From assembly GCF_009914755.1 (NCBI RefSeq), contig NC_060932.1: a stretch of 64,000 nt of DNA; one strand, given 5' to 3'. A model generated the notes under the pieces. The model was not told where the DNA came from, did no database searches, and saw only the letters and a program-made list of their open reading frames with translations. Origin of the DNA: the human T2T-CHM13v2.0 reference genome, Homo sapiens. How positions within the stretch are numbered: position 1 is the stretch's first letter; every line of letters starts with the position of its first letter. Positions 28,245 to 49,150 of this stretch are shown here, piece after piece. The translations under genes were made by a program, and so were the position numbers.

Positions 28245-28779
28245 TTCATTTTTTGCCCAGCTTTATTGGGGTGTGATTAACAAATAAATGTTGTATATAT
28301 TTCAGGTGTTATAATAATTTGTTGACTTAATATGCCACACATGTACATTGTGAAATGATTACCATAATCAAATTAATGAACACATCAATCACCACACATA
28401 GTTAACTATTTTGTATGTGTATTTGTGTGTGTGGTGAGGAAATTTGTTCTCTTAGCAAATTTCAAGCATAGAATACAGTATTACTAACTATAGTCACCAC
28501 GCTGTACATAAGACATCCAGAACGTATTCATCTTATAACTGAAAGTTTTCAACCTATAACTGTTATCTCCCCATTTTCTTCATCTCCTGGACCCTGGCAA
28601 ACACTGTTCTATTCTCTGTTTCTATGAATTTGACTTTTTTGATTCCACATCTAAGTGAGATCATATAGTATTTGCCTTTCTGTATTTGGCTTATTACACT
28701 CAGCATAATATCTTCCAGGTTTATTCCCATAGTCACAGATGGCAGGATTTCCTTTTTTTTATGGCCAAATAATATTCTA

Positions 28780-28825
<46 letters not shown>

Positions 28826-28970
28826 CCCATATTTTCTTTATCCATTTATCCATCAATGGGCACGTATTATTTTTGTATCTTGGCTATTATGAGTAATGCT
28901 GCAATGAGCATGAGCAGATATCTCTTCGAGATACTCATTTTATTTTCTTTGGATATATACCCAGAGGAGA
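28245..28970 (-). mobile_element. L1M (late MA/MB-like) 3' fragment
   Basis: Antisense ORF2 C-terminus (DKWIKKIW, LEDIMLS) and 3'UTR. Contains (TG)n at 28782-28823. Confidence 0.8.
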
Positions 28971-30443
28971 TATGTTTTTCTAAACTAAATTTATTATTTT
29001 GATATTTCCCAATGAATAGTAAATGGGATAAACTTATAATTGTCTATATGTCTTTGTCCTAAGTAATCTGCACTGCAAAGAAATAACAGAGAATCTTAAC
29101 TTTAAATGTAATAAGGTAATAAGCACATTGGATAACATAGCATTTTAGATCAAGAAACAGACATTAATTCATTTCTGAGAAAAAAAATGCTGTGGATTCA
29201 CATTTCTGACTTGATAGGGAAATTATTAACCTGTATAGTTGGGACTTAGGGGCCAGTTTTCAGTTAAATTCAGAATCACCGATGGAGTGGGGTGAGCATC
29301 TCTGCATAAATTAGAACAAATCTAGTTGATGTTATGGGATGAAACTACCAGTTATATAACAGATTTCTCAGTAATATTGACATACAGTGAAGAAAATAAA
29401 TAACAGGCCTAAAACAAGCCAAAATGTAATTTTGCTTCTACATATTTATTCTTAAGAAATATTGACAAACGTAAACAATGATTTAGCAATTCAGCAATGT
29501 TTATAAACTAAGCAATGTTTACCGCAGAGAACTATAGACAGCCTATGACTCTAACAAAAGGGAAATCTTTAAATTATGGCCAGTCCATATAAAAAATGAA
29601 GTAGTATGCAAAATGACATTAAACATCCTAACGGCATAGACAACTGTTCATGTTTTATTAATTTTAAAATCAGATTCTAAAATGTAGGTTCATGTTTATA
29701 TATTTTTAAATAAAGGAATTTATGTTTGTTAGCATACAAACTAAACTGTTATAACAAAGAAACCCCAAACACAATGACTGGAACAAGGTAGAGACTATTT
29801 TTCACTCCCATAACATCCAAGTTGACCAGGGCATGTAGGCAACTGGGCCCCATGATATCCTCCAGAAACCCACATAGTTCTATCTTGACACCCCACAGTG
29901 CTTTAGGGCACAGGCTTTAATTTAATTTTATATTTGAAATAGAAGTTCACAGATCCGATGAAAGTTATCAACCCTCACCTCAGAAAAATGCACACCCACA
30001 TATACTCCTACACTGTTTCAGGCTGTGTGTAGAAGTTCATAGATCCCTAACTAGGGCACCACCCAGACACTGCCTGCAACTGAATGACTAAAGCTATTTC
30101 ATCAGCCAACTCACCTAATTCACACCAAAAGAATACTGTATGGGGAGCTGGAAAATGGAATCCCCACCAAGGAAGCCATGTGCCCAGTTAAAACTTGGGA
30201 AGGAAGTGGTATTCTATTATTAAAGGGAAGACAGGTATGAGGAGAATGGACCCTGGGAACATTCATCAGTCTCTGCCACAAACACTTTGAAAATAGTGAT
30301 ATCTATGTGTCATATATTAACAATATTTATGTCTGGATGATGAAATAGAGTTATTTTTAAATTTTCACTCATTTTATTTTCCAAATTCACTTTATGATAT
30401 TTAATATTTTTATCAATTCTTCTGAATTCCTTAAGATATTTCT

Positions 30444-30478
30444 CTGCACTCCAGCCTGGGTGACAGAGCGAGACTCCA

Positions 30479-30515
<37 letters not shown>
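30444..30515 (+). mobile_element. Severely 5'-truncated Alu (last ~38 nt plus ~34 A)
   Basis: ctgcactccagcctgggtgacagagcgagactccatct plus polyA, flanked by aagatatttct and aagatacctct. Confidence 0.9.
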
Positions 30516-30517
<2 letters not shown>

Positions 30518-30528
30518 TACCTCTTGTG

Positions 30529-33901
<3,373 letters not shown>

Positions 33902-34837
33902 AAGATATGTCTTGTGATCTGCTACATAATATATTTTTAATTATTCATATGTGCTATTGAAGAATATAAATTTTTCTATTAATTCAGTTCATATATATGT
34001 CTTAAATGAAGTTTGATGGTGAGTTATTCAAATATTCAGTTTCTGTACTATTTTTTGCCTGATTAGTGTATAATTACAAATTTGAAAAATTTTCCATGCA
34101 ATACAATATCTGTTTTCTAAATTTTGAGACTATGTTGTCATTGCACATAAGTGTATGATTACTTTATACTTTTGGTGAAGTTTTTCTTTTGTCATTAGGT
34201 ACTGACACCATCTCTATTAATAATTTTGCACTAAATTCTATTTTGTCTGATACTAATATTGCTATAGCAGCTTTCTTTGGCTTAGTGATTGCCTACTAGA
34301 TTTTTAATTTTGTATTTTCAATATTTTCAAGTTATATCATTTATGTGTATCACGTATGCATTATATAATTTAATATTCTTTCTTATATAATCTAATTTCT
34401 GGTAAATTTTACTTTTTCTGCCATTGATTTCTTATTTACCATTTTAGCTTATATTTTCTCCTTCTCTGCTATGTATTTGGTTGAGTTTGCCAGTTCTCTT
34501 TTTTAATCTTTCTAACCACTCACTTATTTAGAACTTATGTGCTCTATTTTTATCTTTTATTAGCTAGCTTTAAATTTTTACCATGGATACTAAACAAGAC
34601 TTAAAGTTAATCAATATCTCTATTCTCCTCCTGAATAATGAAAAGGATTTTAGAATACTTAACTCTGATCTCCCCCCGTCCACCTCTATATTATTATAGC
34701 CTAATGGTCAACAGGATTTATGTGTTTGAAGGGAAAAGGGAATTTTCCCAGCTCAATGTGCTATGGTGACGTGAAGTCTATTTTAGAAATGTTCTCTTAT
34801 ATAATATTACACTTCCATAATAAAAATAGGTTATTTT

Positions 34838-35013
<176 letters not shown>

Positions 35014-35190
35014 TTATTTTATGGTGTATTTCTAGAGAGAAAAGTAAAGTAAATTCGTGCTATTAAAATACGTTTCTGAAAACTAAGAAAATATCAGGCA
35101 AATAACTAAGTATCAAAAACAATATAAAAGTTCATATTGTTCACAAAAATTGTCTTAATTTTTAACTACTGCTTATGCAACTGATATGAA

Positions 35191-35537
35191 TGATATGGTT
35201 TGGCTGTGTCCCCACCCAAATCTCATCTTGAATTGTAGCTCTCATAATCCCCACATGTTATGGGGTGATTGAATCATGGGGGCGGGTTTTTCCTGTTCTG
35301 TTCCTGTGATAATGAGTAAGCCTCATGAGATCTGATGGTTTTATAAAGGGCAGTTCCCCTACACGCACTCTCTTGCCTGCCACGATGTAACACATGCCTT
35401 TGCTCCTCCTTCACCTTCCACCATGATTGTGAAGTCTCCCCAGCCATGGAAACTTAGAGTCCATTAAACCTCTTTTTCTTTATAGATTACCCAGTCTCGG
35501 GTATGTCCTTATAGCAGCATGACAACGGACTAATACA
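35191..35537 (+). mobile_element. THE1 (C-like) solo LTR
   Basis: tgatatggtttggctgtgtcc...ggactaataca with TSD atgaa/gtgaa. Confidence 0.93.
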
Positions 35538-35570
35538 GTGAACAAGTTGAAGATAGAAAATACAAAACTT

Positions 35571-35922
<352 letters not shown>

Positions 35923-36699
35923 TTAGAAAATGTCAAAGTCAGAGTGTTTTTTTTTTCCACTTTTTGGATCTTTTTGGGGGGGATTGGTTGAGACACAATG
36001 TCAAAGATTTGCTTTCTTCTGTGATCATCATTTAATCTTTATTTCATTATTTTCTTATAAGAAGTAAATCTTTTGAGCATTATTTGTAGACATCAAGGCC
36101 TAGAGCTATGGAGCATGAAATATGCTGAGCTTGAAAAATGAGAAAGAAGCTAGAGACTCTGCCCCCTCTTCTCACCTTTGCTGTACTTATAATTAACAAT
36201 TTAGGCATAAGCAAAAAGGTGACAAATAGAGTAACAGTTTTTGGAAGATGCCAAAGGTTCTGCCTACTGCCAATCTTCCTGTTCAACCTAAAACTCTGTA
36301 CGAATCACCAGAAGGATCATTCTTCAAGTTGCAATCATTTGTTTCCAAGAAAAGAAATGTGCATAAGATCAACCCAAACATTCACTTTGTTCATATATTG
36401 AATGTATATTATAAATTATATAACTGTTTTCTACTTATTCTCACTTGTTTTGAATCAATAAATTCCTTTTTTGTTTTCTAAAGTTCTTTGTTAAAAACAG
36501 CTGACCAGCTCAAACCCACCATGATAGTCAAGGTCAAGAACCAATATACACGCAACAGGTATATTTACTAAAATCAAGAACCTGAAATACAGTATTTTCT
36601 AGTAGTCTATGAACTGAGGCTACATAAGTGGTATTTACCCTTCTCAAACTCAGCATTTAAAATGAACTTCTAGATCTCTCTGTGATAATGATAATAATG

Positions 36700-36940
36700 A
36701 TGATAATATGATGAAAGTGCTGAGAGTCATTTCTGCACACCAAGTGCTTCATATAAACAACGTTATTTATTTTTCCTATATTCTTATGAGATAGGTAACT
36801 ATTATAAGGCCATTTCACAGATGAAGAAACTGAGACTATGAAGGAATAAGTAACCTGCCCAAGTTCATAGATTAAAATATGGCAGTTCTGGGATTCAGGC
36901 TGCCTAATTTCAAAGTTATGCCTTTAACTATTAAACTAAA
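36700..36940 (-). mobile_element. MIR SINE
   Basis: Antisense MIR core catttcacagatgaagaaactgagact...aagtaacctgcccaag. Confidence 0.7.
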
Positions 36941-37687
36941 TTGACTCCCTACTCTGAAATGTTCACTCAGCATATATACCTTCCTTTGTTCCACTCCCAA
37001 AAAGCTCTGAAGGGCTCATACCATTTCTTTGTTTTTCCTACATCAAATCTCTACATGGCACAGCAAGACCTATGGAGTATAATTCTTACAAACAATGAAA
37101 CATGGGTATAATTGAAGATCTGCTTTAATTATTGCCAGCACTTTCTCAGGATATTGTTCAATGTGAAAGGTGATGTTAAAATCAAAATTGTTGCTAGGTC
37201 TAAAATAGCCATTTTTGTAACAAGTGTAATCACGAACAGTAGGTGACTGTCCTTGGATCTTTTCCAGTATATTCTGCTCCCTCAGAGTGGCAATTCTCTG
37301 TCCATTGCTTACTTTAGACAGCAGTCAGTGAGAATTTGGATGTGGCAGAGTGTTTAGTGTTTCTTAGCATTTCATAAGTAGAAAAATATGTCAGTACATT
37401 TCTTGACAATACCAATTTTGTCATTTTTAAAGGACCGAGATAGCTCTTGCTTACTGTTGAAATCATATTTGAAAAGAACCTCCAGCATTCTCAGTTTAAA
37501 GACAAAATACCTTTTTTTAACTTCTTATGTAAAAGACATATTGAATGAGAGAGAGGGTGTCATTTATACTCAGACTGCCTTTTGCCTCTGAAGCAGCAAT
37601 AAACAATATTAAGAAGTTATAAATATTTGTAATGGAGTGAGGAAAAACATGATCCAGAGAAGAGCTGATGCTCTACACTACAGTGTG

Positions 37688-37825
37688 CTAGATTTAGGAT
37701 CCTCTGGGTTAATATCAACTCCCACTATCCTATTATTTTCCTTGACTTTACAATAATCTAGGTTTAGGACCCTCTGGGTTAATATCAACTACCATTGCTC
37801 TACTTACCTTGACTTATTATATTAG
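37688..37825. repeat. Imperfect ~70 bp tandem duplication
   Basis: ctag(a/g)tttagga(t/c)cctctgggttaatatcaact...ccttgactt starts at 37688 and again at 37758. Confidence 0.85.
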
Positions 37826-40800
37826 TATCCTAGTGATTGTGTAGCATATTGCTGAATTAAAATACTTGTGGATACACTTTGTTGAATTTCTTCTATTTTC
37901 ATAAAATTTATTACAAAAATGTTCAAAGCAACTTCTACATCTTAACTTCCCTCCAGAAATGGATTTTAAAGTTTTAAAAGAAAACTAATGCCTCATTTGT
38001 AATCCTAGGAGTCTGATGACAGTATATCTTTTCTTCTATGGGACAAGAAACAGAATTTTCTTTTCTCTTAGCATTCATCTGTAAACAAAGATGTCGAAAG
38101 GCAATGAAATGTCATAACTATTTTATATAGTATTTTACTCTCATAATGTATTTATTACATTGGTAAAGAGCAATGATTTTTTTAAAAGAGAGAAAAGCTT
38201 GTTTTCAAATGGTAGCATTATCACATAAAATGCTTCACTGAACTAGTGCCCTGTAGTTCAACAACTGTCACAAAATTGTTGGAACACTTGTTAAAAATTA
38301 GAGACAAGCAGAAAGTGTTTGCTAAGGGGAAAAGGCAATTTTTGAACTAAATAATTGCTTTCATAGGAACATAAACTTAAATCAATAAACCCATCTCTTT
38401 TAATAAACTTCTTCCAGTCTTGACAGCAAAAGATTTATTTGGCCTACCCTTATTTGGAGAAGTTAGAATGTGTTCTGAGATCATGCTGTAATATATGACA
38501 AAATATAAGAGAAAAAGTGAAACATTAAATAAAGTGTACCACAGACCTTCATATTTCAAAATACACACATCCTTCTGCTCACACAAACACAGTCAACTGC
38601 CCTGCAGCTATGAGTCTAAAATTCAACTAACAATCAAATATATGCATGTCTCACAAAGCTGATCTTTGACAAATCAGCATAAGACTATAAGGAAAGTAAA
38701 TACAATATTAAATGTTAGATGTGATTCAAAAGTATAAATGGTGAAGAAATACAATCCCTGACATACTAGTGACTAAAGAATCATCAGCATATTTGGGAAA
38801 TAAAGTTCAATGACTGGAGAATATATAAGTGACTCATGGTGCTGTGTACCTTGATGTGCAAAGCAACACTGACCTTGACATGATGCAAAATGATCAGCCT
38901 ACAACACTTATGATGTTTGTTCCTGTACAAAACTTTGTGAGAATTCAGAAAAAATATATTGATGTCCATTCAGCTCAACAATGATGCAATCCAGATGGTT
39001 ATAAGTAATAAAATTATCTTCCCAAGAGAGCTGCACAGATTGTCTTATCTGTTTATGCGGTCTGGGTTATCTATGCTCGAAAATACTCTAAGTACATTCT
39101 GGCTGAGAGGAAAGTTACCAGCTTTTAAGGTAAAGTTTGATGGAATTGTTTATGGAAAAAATAAATGTGCAGGACATTCATTTACTTAAACAAGAAATTT
39201 TATGTTTTCAGGAAACACAGTTAAAGGTGAAATGTTTGGGAATCTTTGAAAACTATTGACTAGAACAAAAGACTTTATTGACCCTTTAGGAATGTGTCTG
39301 ATTCTACAAAGGATGAACTGAAATGTCTGTTTTGCCATTATCCATTAATATGATCATAAGGCCATATTGTGATACCCATACAAATCAAGCCTGAAATTCA
39401 TATTTTTATTCCTGGCAATGACTCAGACTGCCAGAATTGAAAACATTCTTACAAGGTTTTTGGATGACACTAAGCTATATCTTTATATGACAGACATAGA
39501 TTTACATATGCTTTTTCTTTTAAATAACTCACATACATTTTTATTTTATTTTATATTTAGAAAAAGGAAGAAAGTCACCTGCTGGATGTTCAACTGCAGA
39601 GAAGAACAAGTAGTCAAAGCCTGGTGTGGCATAGGAAAAGAAAGGACAGGATTTGGAATCAAACTTGTGTTCCAGCATGTCTCTGCCACTTCCCACACAT
39701 TCTTCATCTCTTCTAGCTATTTTGAAATATATAACAAATTATTAACTATAATTTCCCTACTGTACTATCAAATACTAGAAATTATTCCTTCCACATAACT
39801 GTATTTTTGTATCCATTAACCAACATCTCTTGACTTCAAGGAATGAACCAAATCAGTTCCCAAATGTGCACAAAAACAGATCCCTTGGTTCTAGTTTTCT
39901 CTTTTCTTTTCTAGGCTTACCTAACATATGAAGGTAAATAGGATCAAAACCCAAATGGGTATAGAGTGCTAATGGTTTCTGTTAATGTTAATATTCATCA
40001 TCGTGAGTAGCCTGAGACAAGGGATACTCAGCCGATGCCAAAAATAGAACGAGCTTGTCTTTACCAAACAGCAGCATTACATTTTAGAGCCTCATCCCAG
40101 GCACATGGTTAATACTAAAGATGCCAACCACATCAGGAAGAGGCTGGATAAAGGGAGAGCTCTTGTAATTCTATCCTTGGAATAACATCCATTTAAAATT
40201 AAAGAATAGTTTAAAAATTAAACTCTAAGATGCAATATAAACATTCCTATGATAAGGAAATTTTGTAGTCTGGAAGAAATTTTTAAGATATGTTTTAAAA
40301 AATGATTATGGCCACATCAATTTAAATTAGATTGGGTAATAGAAAACTCAGCTTTGTTCATTACAGAGGGGGAAGTCAGGCAAAAGGAAGTACATTATAG
40401 TTAAATGTAATATTTAGAGAATATAATAAAATATCTGACAATATATTCCTGGGTTTCAGAAGGATTATGTATAAATACTTTTGTAGGATTTAATAGTCTC
40501 ACCAAGTAAAATATCGTATTTGAAAATAAGCATATTAAAAATAAAATGGAGTTTTCAAAATAGTGAGCATAAAAAACTATTTGTATATAAGTCAAGTAAT
40601 GATGCAAAAAAAAAATTTCATAAATGAATCATCTGTCTATACTTGTTTCATTAAAGGATAATATATTGGAATATCATTTCAGCAACATTGCCAAAGCTTC
40701 CCAGATTTGATTTCAATCCAAAATTTGTATCAGAACTCAGCACTTTAAAAACAAAGAAAAAAGGAAAATTCAATGCAGATGTACATTTCCATGATACTTA

Positions 40801-42937
40801 GTGCATAAGACTATAGTTGAAGCATATTTGTCATCATGGCAACCAGCCAACAAAAAAAATATTAGAGGAACATGAAGACAAGCTGCATATTTCTGTACAA
40901 TCATTCCATAACTCAGATTATAGAGCAACATAGTAACTTAATGTATATTTATAATGATATAATTAAATCTTCCTTCCACAAGTTCTATAGAATCTGTCAG
41001 TAGATTGGGGAAAGAAAAGCAGATAATGCATTAATCAATCATCAAATGCTTAACAATATGCCTAACAAACCATGTGGCTCTTTGAGTGAATCAAAAATAT
41101 TAGAATTGTAGGATTAATCTATGCCTCAGGGACTTAACAATTATATGTCTGCTGTTGTTTTTGTTTCTATTTAATTATATTGATTTATTGACAAAATATA
41201 TATGCTTTAAAAAGATTTTTGCAATGAGCTGCATAAATTTATCACATTTAATATACACAATGAAATAAAAACTTAGAGAACTGATAAATATGTCTGGAAA
41301 ATAAAGCCTAAAAAACAGTTGAATGTCAGTATACATAAAAGAAACATTGTAGAATTAGAAAAAAAATACTTAAAACTCCAGATCTATCATGTACTAGAAA
41401 TAGACAAGATGAATATCTCTTTTTCTTAATTCCTTGTTCATCTATAAAATAATGGACATAACATTGGAATGAAATGTCATCATGCCATTATTTTCAGGAG
41501 TGAGTATCTCCCTAGAAAATCGAAGAAAATTAATGAAAATGTTTAGAAATAGGGAGATTTATTTAAAGTAACATAAAAAATAAATAACTTTTCAATGCAT
41601 CAGAATAATCTTTTGGAAAATATAGTGAAAAATATGCCATTTCTAATTACCTAGGAATAATTTTTATTAGAATTTTATGAGACAAATTAAAAGAATCATC
41701 AAAATTTACTGAAAAATACAAAAGAGTTGAAAAAATGGAAAGACTGTTCTCCGTGAAAAAAAAAATTTCTTCTAAATTATTTACCAATTTAAGAATTCTA
41801 ATCAGAACTCCAAAAAGTAGAAAGAATCTCAAATTAATGATCTAATATCACACTTAGAGGAAATAGAAAAGCAAAAGCAAACTAACCCTAAAGTTAGTAG
41901 ATGAAAAGAAAGAGTTAAAACCAGAGCTGAGCTGAATGAAATTGAGACCCAAAAATCTATGCACAGCATCAATGAAATGAAAAGTTGGTCATTTGAAAAG
42001 GTAACCAGAATCAATAGGCCACCAGCTAAATTAACAAATAAAAAAAGAGAGATGGTCCAAATAAGCACAATCAAAATAACAAAGGTGATATTACAAATAA
42101 TCCCACAGAAATGCAAAAGATCTTCAGAGACTGAGGATCATCTCTATGCACACAAAGTAGAAAAACTAGAGGAAATGGATAAATTCCTGGAAAGAGACAA
42201 CTTAAGATTAAATCAGGAAGAAATCGAAACCCTGAAAAAACTAATATCAAGTTCCAAAATTGAGTCATTAATGAAAAACTTCCCAAACAAACAAACAAAT
42301 AAAAAAGCCACATCAGATAGACATACAAAGAAGAGCTGGCACCAATTCTACTGAAACTATTCCAAAAAATTGAGGAGAACTAGGCTTCATTACTTGAAAG
42401 CAAACTTGGTTGAACATATGCAAATCGATTAATGTAATTCATCACATAAACAGAATTTTTAAAAACGATATGATCATCCAAATAGATGCTGATAAAGCTT
42501 TCAAGAAAGTCAAAAATTTATGTATGATAGAAACCCTCAACAAACTAAATATTGAAGAAATACACCTCAAAATAATGAGTCATCTATGACAAACCTAAAA
42601 CCAACCTCATACTGAACATGCAAAAGCTAGTCGTACTGAACATGCAAAAGCTAGAAGTGCTTACTCTTAAGAAATAGAACAAGAAAAGGATGCCTGTTCG
42701 CACCACTCCAATTCAACATAGTACTGGAAGTCCTAGCCAGAGCAATCATGCAATGGAAAAAAATAAAAGGCATCCAAATAGGAAGAGAGGAAGCCAGACT
42801 TTCTCTCTTTGCTGATAATGATTCTATACCTAGAAAACCCTAAAGACTCCACCAAAAAGCTCTTACATTTCATTAATGACTTCAGTAAAGTGTCAAAATA
42901 CATAACTACAAAACATTGCCGAAAGAAATCAAAGATG

Positions 42938-43302
42938 GTGAGTTCATGTAAATGATGAGTTCATGTCCTTTGTAGGGACATGGATGAAATTGGAAATCAT
43001 CATTCTCAGTAAACTATCGCAAGAACAAAAAACCAAACACAACACATTCTCACTCACAGGTGGGAACTGAACAATGAGAACACATGGACACAGGAAGGGG
43101 AACATCACACTCTGGGGACCGTTGTGGGGTGGGGGGAAGGGGGAGGTATAGCTTTAGGAGATATACCTAATGCTAAATGACGAGTTAATGGGTGCAGCAC
43201 ACCAGCGTGGCACATCTATACATATGTAACTAACCTGCACATTGTGCACATGTACCCTAAAACTTAAAGTATAATAATAATAAAATAAAATAAAATAAAA
43301 TG
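42938..43302 (+). mobile_element. Young 5'-truncated L1PA2/3 3' end nested in the older L1
   Basis: 3'UTR with gctaaatgacgagttaatggg (GAG type, not L1HS-Ta ACA), (TAAAA)n tail, and TSD aagaaatca(a/t)agatg (42923-42937 and 43303-43317). Confidence 0.92.
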
Positions 43303-43857
43303 AAGAAATCATAGATGAAACAAACAAATTGAAAAATATTTTATGCTCAAGGATTGGAAGAACCAATAACATTATAATGTCCATACTGCCCAAAACAATC
43401 TACAGATTCAATGCTATTCCTATCAAACTACCAATGTCATTTTTCACAGTTAGAAAAAACAACTCTAAAATTTATATGGAACTAAAAAAGAGCCTGATTA
43501 GCCAAAGCAATCCTAAGCAAAAAGAACAAAGCTGAAGGCATCACATTACCCAACTTTAAATTATACTATAAGGCTATGGTAACCAAAACAGCATGGTACT
43601 GGTACAAAAATAGACATGTAGACCAATGGTACAGAATAGAGAACCCAGAAATAAAGCTGCACACCTACAGCCATCTGATCTTCAACAAAGTCAAGAAAAA
43701 TAAGCAATGGAGAAAGGACTCCTTATTCAATAAATGATGCTGGATAGCGGCTGGCTATATGCAGAAAATGAAACTGGACTCCTACTTTTCACTATACACA
43801 AAAATTAACTCAAGATGGATTAAAGATTTAAATGTAAGACCTCAACCTCTGAGAATC

Positions 43858-44215
43858 TGATATGATTTGGCTGTGTCCACTCTCAAATCTTATCTTGAAT
43901 TGCAGTTTCCCCATGTTGTGGGAGGGACCAGGTGAAGATAATTGAATCATGGAGGCAGTCTCCCCCATGCAATTCTGGTGATAGTGAATGAGTTCTTGCA
44001 AGATCTGATGGTTTAATAAGGGGCTTTTCCCCTTTTGCTCTGCACTTCTTGCTGCTGCCATGTGAAGGACATGTTTGCTTCCCCTTCTGCCATGATTGTA
44101 AGTTTCCTGAGGCCTCCCCAGCCCTGAGGAACTGTGAGACGGTTAAACCTCTTCCCTTACTAAATTATCCAGTCTCTCATATGTCCTTATAGCAGCTTGA
44201 GAATGGACTAATACA
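43858..44215 (+). mobile_element. THE1 solo LTR nested in the L1
   Basis: tgatatgatttggctgtgtcc...ggactaataca with a perfect TSD GAATC. Confidence 0.95.
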
Positions 44216-45412
44216 GAATCCTAGAAGAAAACCTAGGAAACACCATTCTGAATATCAGTTTTGGGAAAGAATTTATATCTAAATTCTCAAAAGCAATTAT
44301 AACAAAAAACAAGAATTTGCAAGTGAGACCTAATTAAACTAGAGTTTCTGCACAACAAAAGAGACTATCAACAGAGACAAACAAAAACCTACAGTATAGG
44401 AGAAAATATTCACAAGCTAGACATCCAACAAAGATCTAATACTCAGAATCTATAAGAAACAATTCAACAAGCATAAAACAAACAACCTCATTGAAAAGTG
44501 GGCAAAAGACATGAACAGAGACTTCTCAAAAGAAAATGTATAAGTGACCAATAAACATATGAAAAAATGCTCAACATCACTAATCATCAAAGAAATGCAA
44601 ATTAAAACCGAGATACCACGTAATACCAGTCAGAATGACTATTATTAAAAAGTAAACAAACAAACAAACAAAAACCAATGTATGCTGGATAAAAGTGAAA
44701 ACTTATGCATGGGTAGTGGGAATGTAAATTTGTTCAGCCACTGTGGAAAACAGTTTGGAGATTTCTCTGCGAACTTGAAATAGAAATTATAATTTAATCC
44801 AGCAATCCTATTACTGGGTGTATATCCAAAGTAAAATATATCATTATACCGAAAAGACACATGCACATCTATATTCATCACAGTACTATCCACAATAGCA
44901 AAGACATTGAATCAACCTATGTGCCCATCAATGGTAGACTGAATAAAGAAAATGTGGTACATATACACCATGAAATTCTATGTAGCCATAAAAAAGAATG
45001 AAAGAATGTTTCTTTGCAGCCACATGGATGCAGCTAGAGGCCATTATTCCAAGCAAATTAATACAGGAACAGAAAAGCAAATATTGCAGGTTTTTACTTG
45101 TAAGTGGGAGCTAACCATTGGGTAATCACGGACATAGCGATGGCAACAATAGAAACTGGGGACTGCTAGAGTGTGGAGGGAGGGAGGGAGATAAGGACTG
45201 AGAAACCATTGGGTGCTATGCTCACTATGTTGGGAATCAACCCTACCCCAAACCGTAGCATCATGCAATATACCCATGTAACAAACCTGCGTATGTACCT
45301 CCTGAATCTAAAATATAAGTTGAAATTATTTTTTAAAATTTCAACACGACATTTTTGCATCTTAACAAGCTTATTTTAATGTTCATGTGGGAGGAAGTAT
45401 GCAGAAAGCAAC

Positions 45413-45942
45413 TGACCAAGGCAGCCTTAATATTCCCCTCAGCTTGACTAAAGTTTAGACAGATACTTTTTCCTGACTATAGGTCTCTGATCTCCCTATT
45501 CTTAGAGCATTTACTTTTAAAAACACAACTGCATTCTTACTCTGCACTTTTGAGATATAAATCATCTCTCAGCTTCTTGCCAGTTTCACAGCCCAGGAAT
45601 GCCTTTCTTAAGAACCTGGGAGCCATACTTTTGAAATGTAAATATCAAAAAAGATAGGGTCCCTATTTTCTAGCTCTGTCAGAGGGTGGGAGCCTAACTT
45701 TGATAAGCATCAATTAGCAAACAGAGATGGCCTACTGACATTGAGCATTCTTCCCCTAATGCCCATCAGTACTTTTTCACAGGCTCACCCCAGTGCTTAA
45801 AATCTCTCCTTGTTTTGTTTCAGAGGAGTTAAATTCACTCTCTTTATCCCCATTGCAATTGTCTTGACCCCTAGTGCAATACCCTTGAATAAAGCCTTCC
45901 TTGTCTGTTTTACTCCGTTTGATCCAAATTTTATTTGGATCA
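45413..45942 (+). mobile_element. ERV1 solo LTR, MER67/MER31-like
   Basis: TG..CA ends, cccctcagcttgactaaagtttagacag 5' motif and AATAAA near the 3' end. Confidence 0.65.
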
Positions 45943-46058
45943 AGACACTTTTGAAAAAGAAGGGTGTAAGAAGAGGAAAGTATATGTATTGGGTATCAAG
46001 TATCATAAACTTACAATAATTAAAAACCAAGGTATTGGTGCCCAGTAAGAAGGGTTAA

Positions 46059-46583
<525 letters not shown>

Positions 46584-46850
46584 TTAATATATCAGGATAG
46601 TCAAAAACATACCCATGTATGTGTGTAAATTTAGTATGTTATACATACAGAATTTTAAATCAGTAAAATAAAATATGAACTATACAGTAAAGATGTCGGG
46701 ACAATGGAATCCCACATGGGGAAAATGAAGTTTCATCCCAGCCTCATGCCATACACAAAAATAAATTCTGGCTGGATTAAAATTCTTAACTAGAAATTGA
46801 AAAGTTAGTGCCAAGGGACCAACTATAGCTGAGAATTTATGTGTTTGTTT

Positions 46851-48855
<2,005 letters not shown>

Positions 48856-48869
48856 TGAAAGTGTGATGA

Positions 48870-49150
48870 TGATGATGATGATAAAAACAGCAACAAAAAT
48901 ACCACTAATAACCTAGCTTATGCAGTGTTGCCTGCATGCCAGGTGTGGTTCTAACAGTTTCACATATATTAGTCATTTAACCCTCCCACTAACCCTATGA
49001 GGTGAATGTCTTATTCTCCCAATTCTTTAGAAGAGTCACCTGAAGCATAAGGAAGTTAAGTGACTTCCCAGAGTCAAATATTTAGTGTGTAATATTGTTA
49101 GAATTTGAACCCAGGCAAAAGGCTTTAGACCTGATGCTACTGACCAAATA
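48870..49150 (-). mobile_element. MIR SINE
   Basis: tcatttaaccctcccactaaccctatgaggt...gttaagtgacttccc...gaatttgaacccaggc. Confidence 0.7.

Larger units (their letters stand above)
41810..45335 (+). mobile_element. 5'-truncated L1PB-like element with internal deletions, hosting an L1PA and a THE1
   Basis: ORF2 fragments and an L1PB-type 3'UTR. Internal tandem duplication tactgaacatgcaaaagctag (42610-42630 and 42634-42654). Confidence 0.88.
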
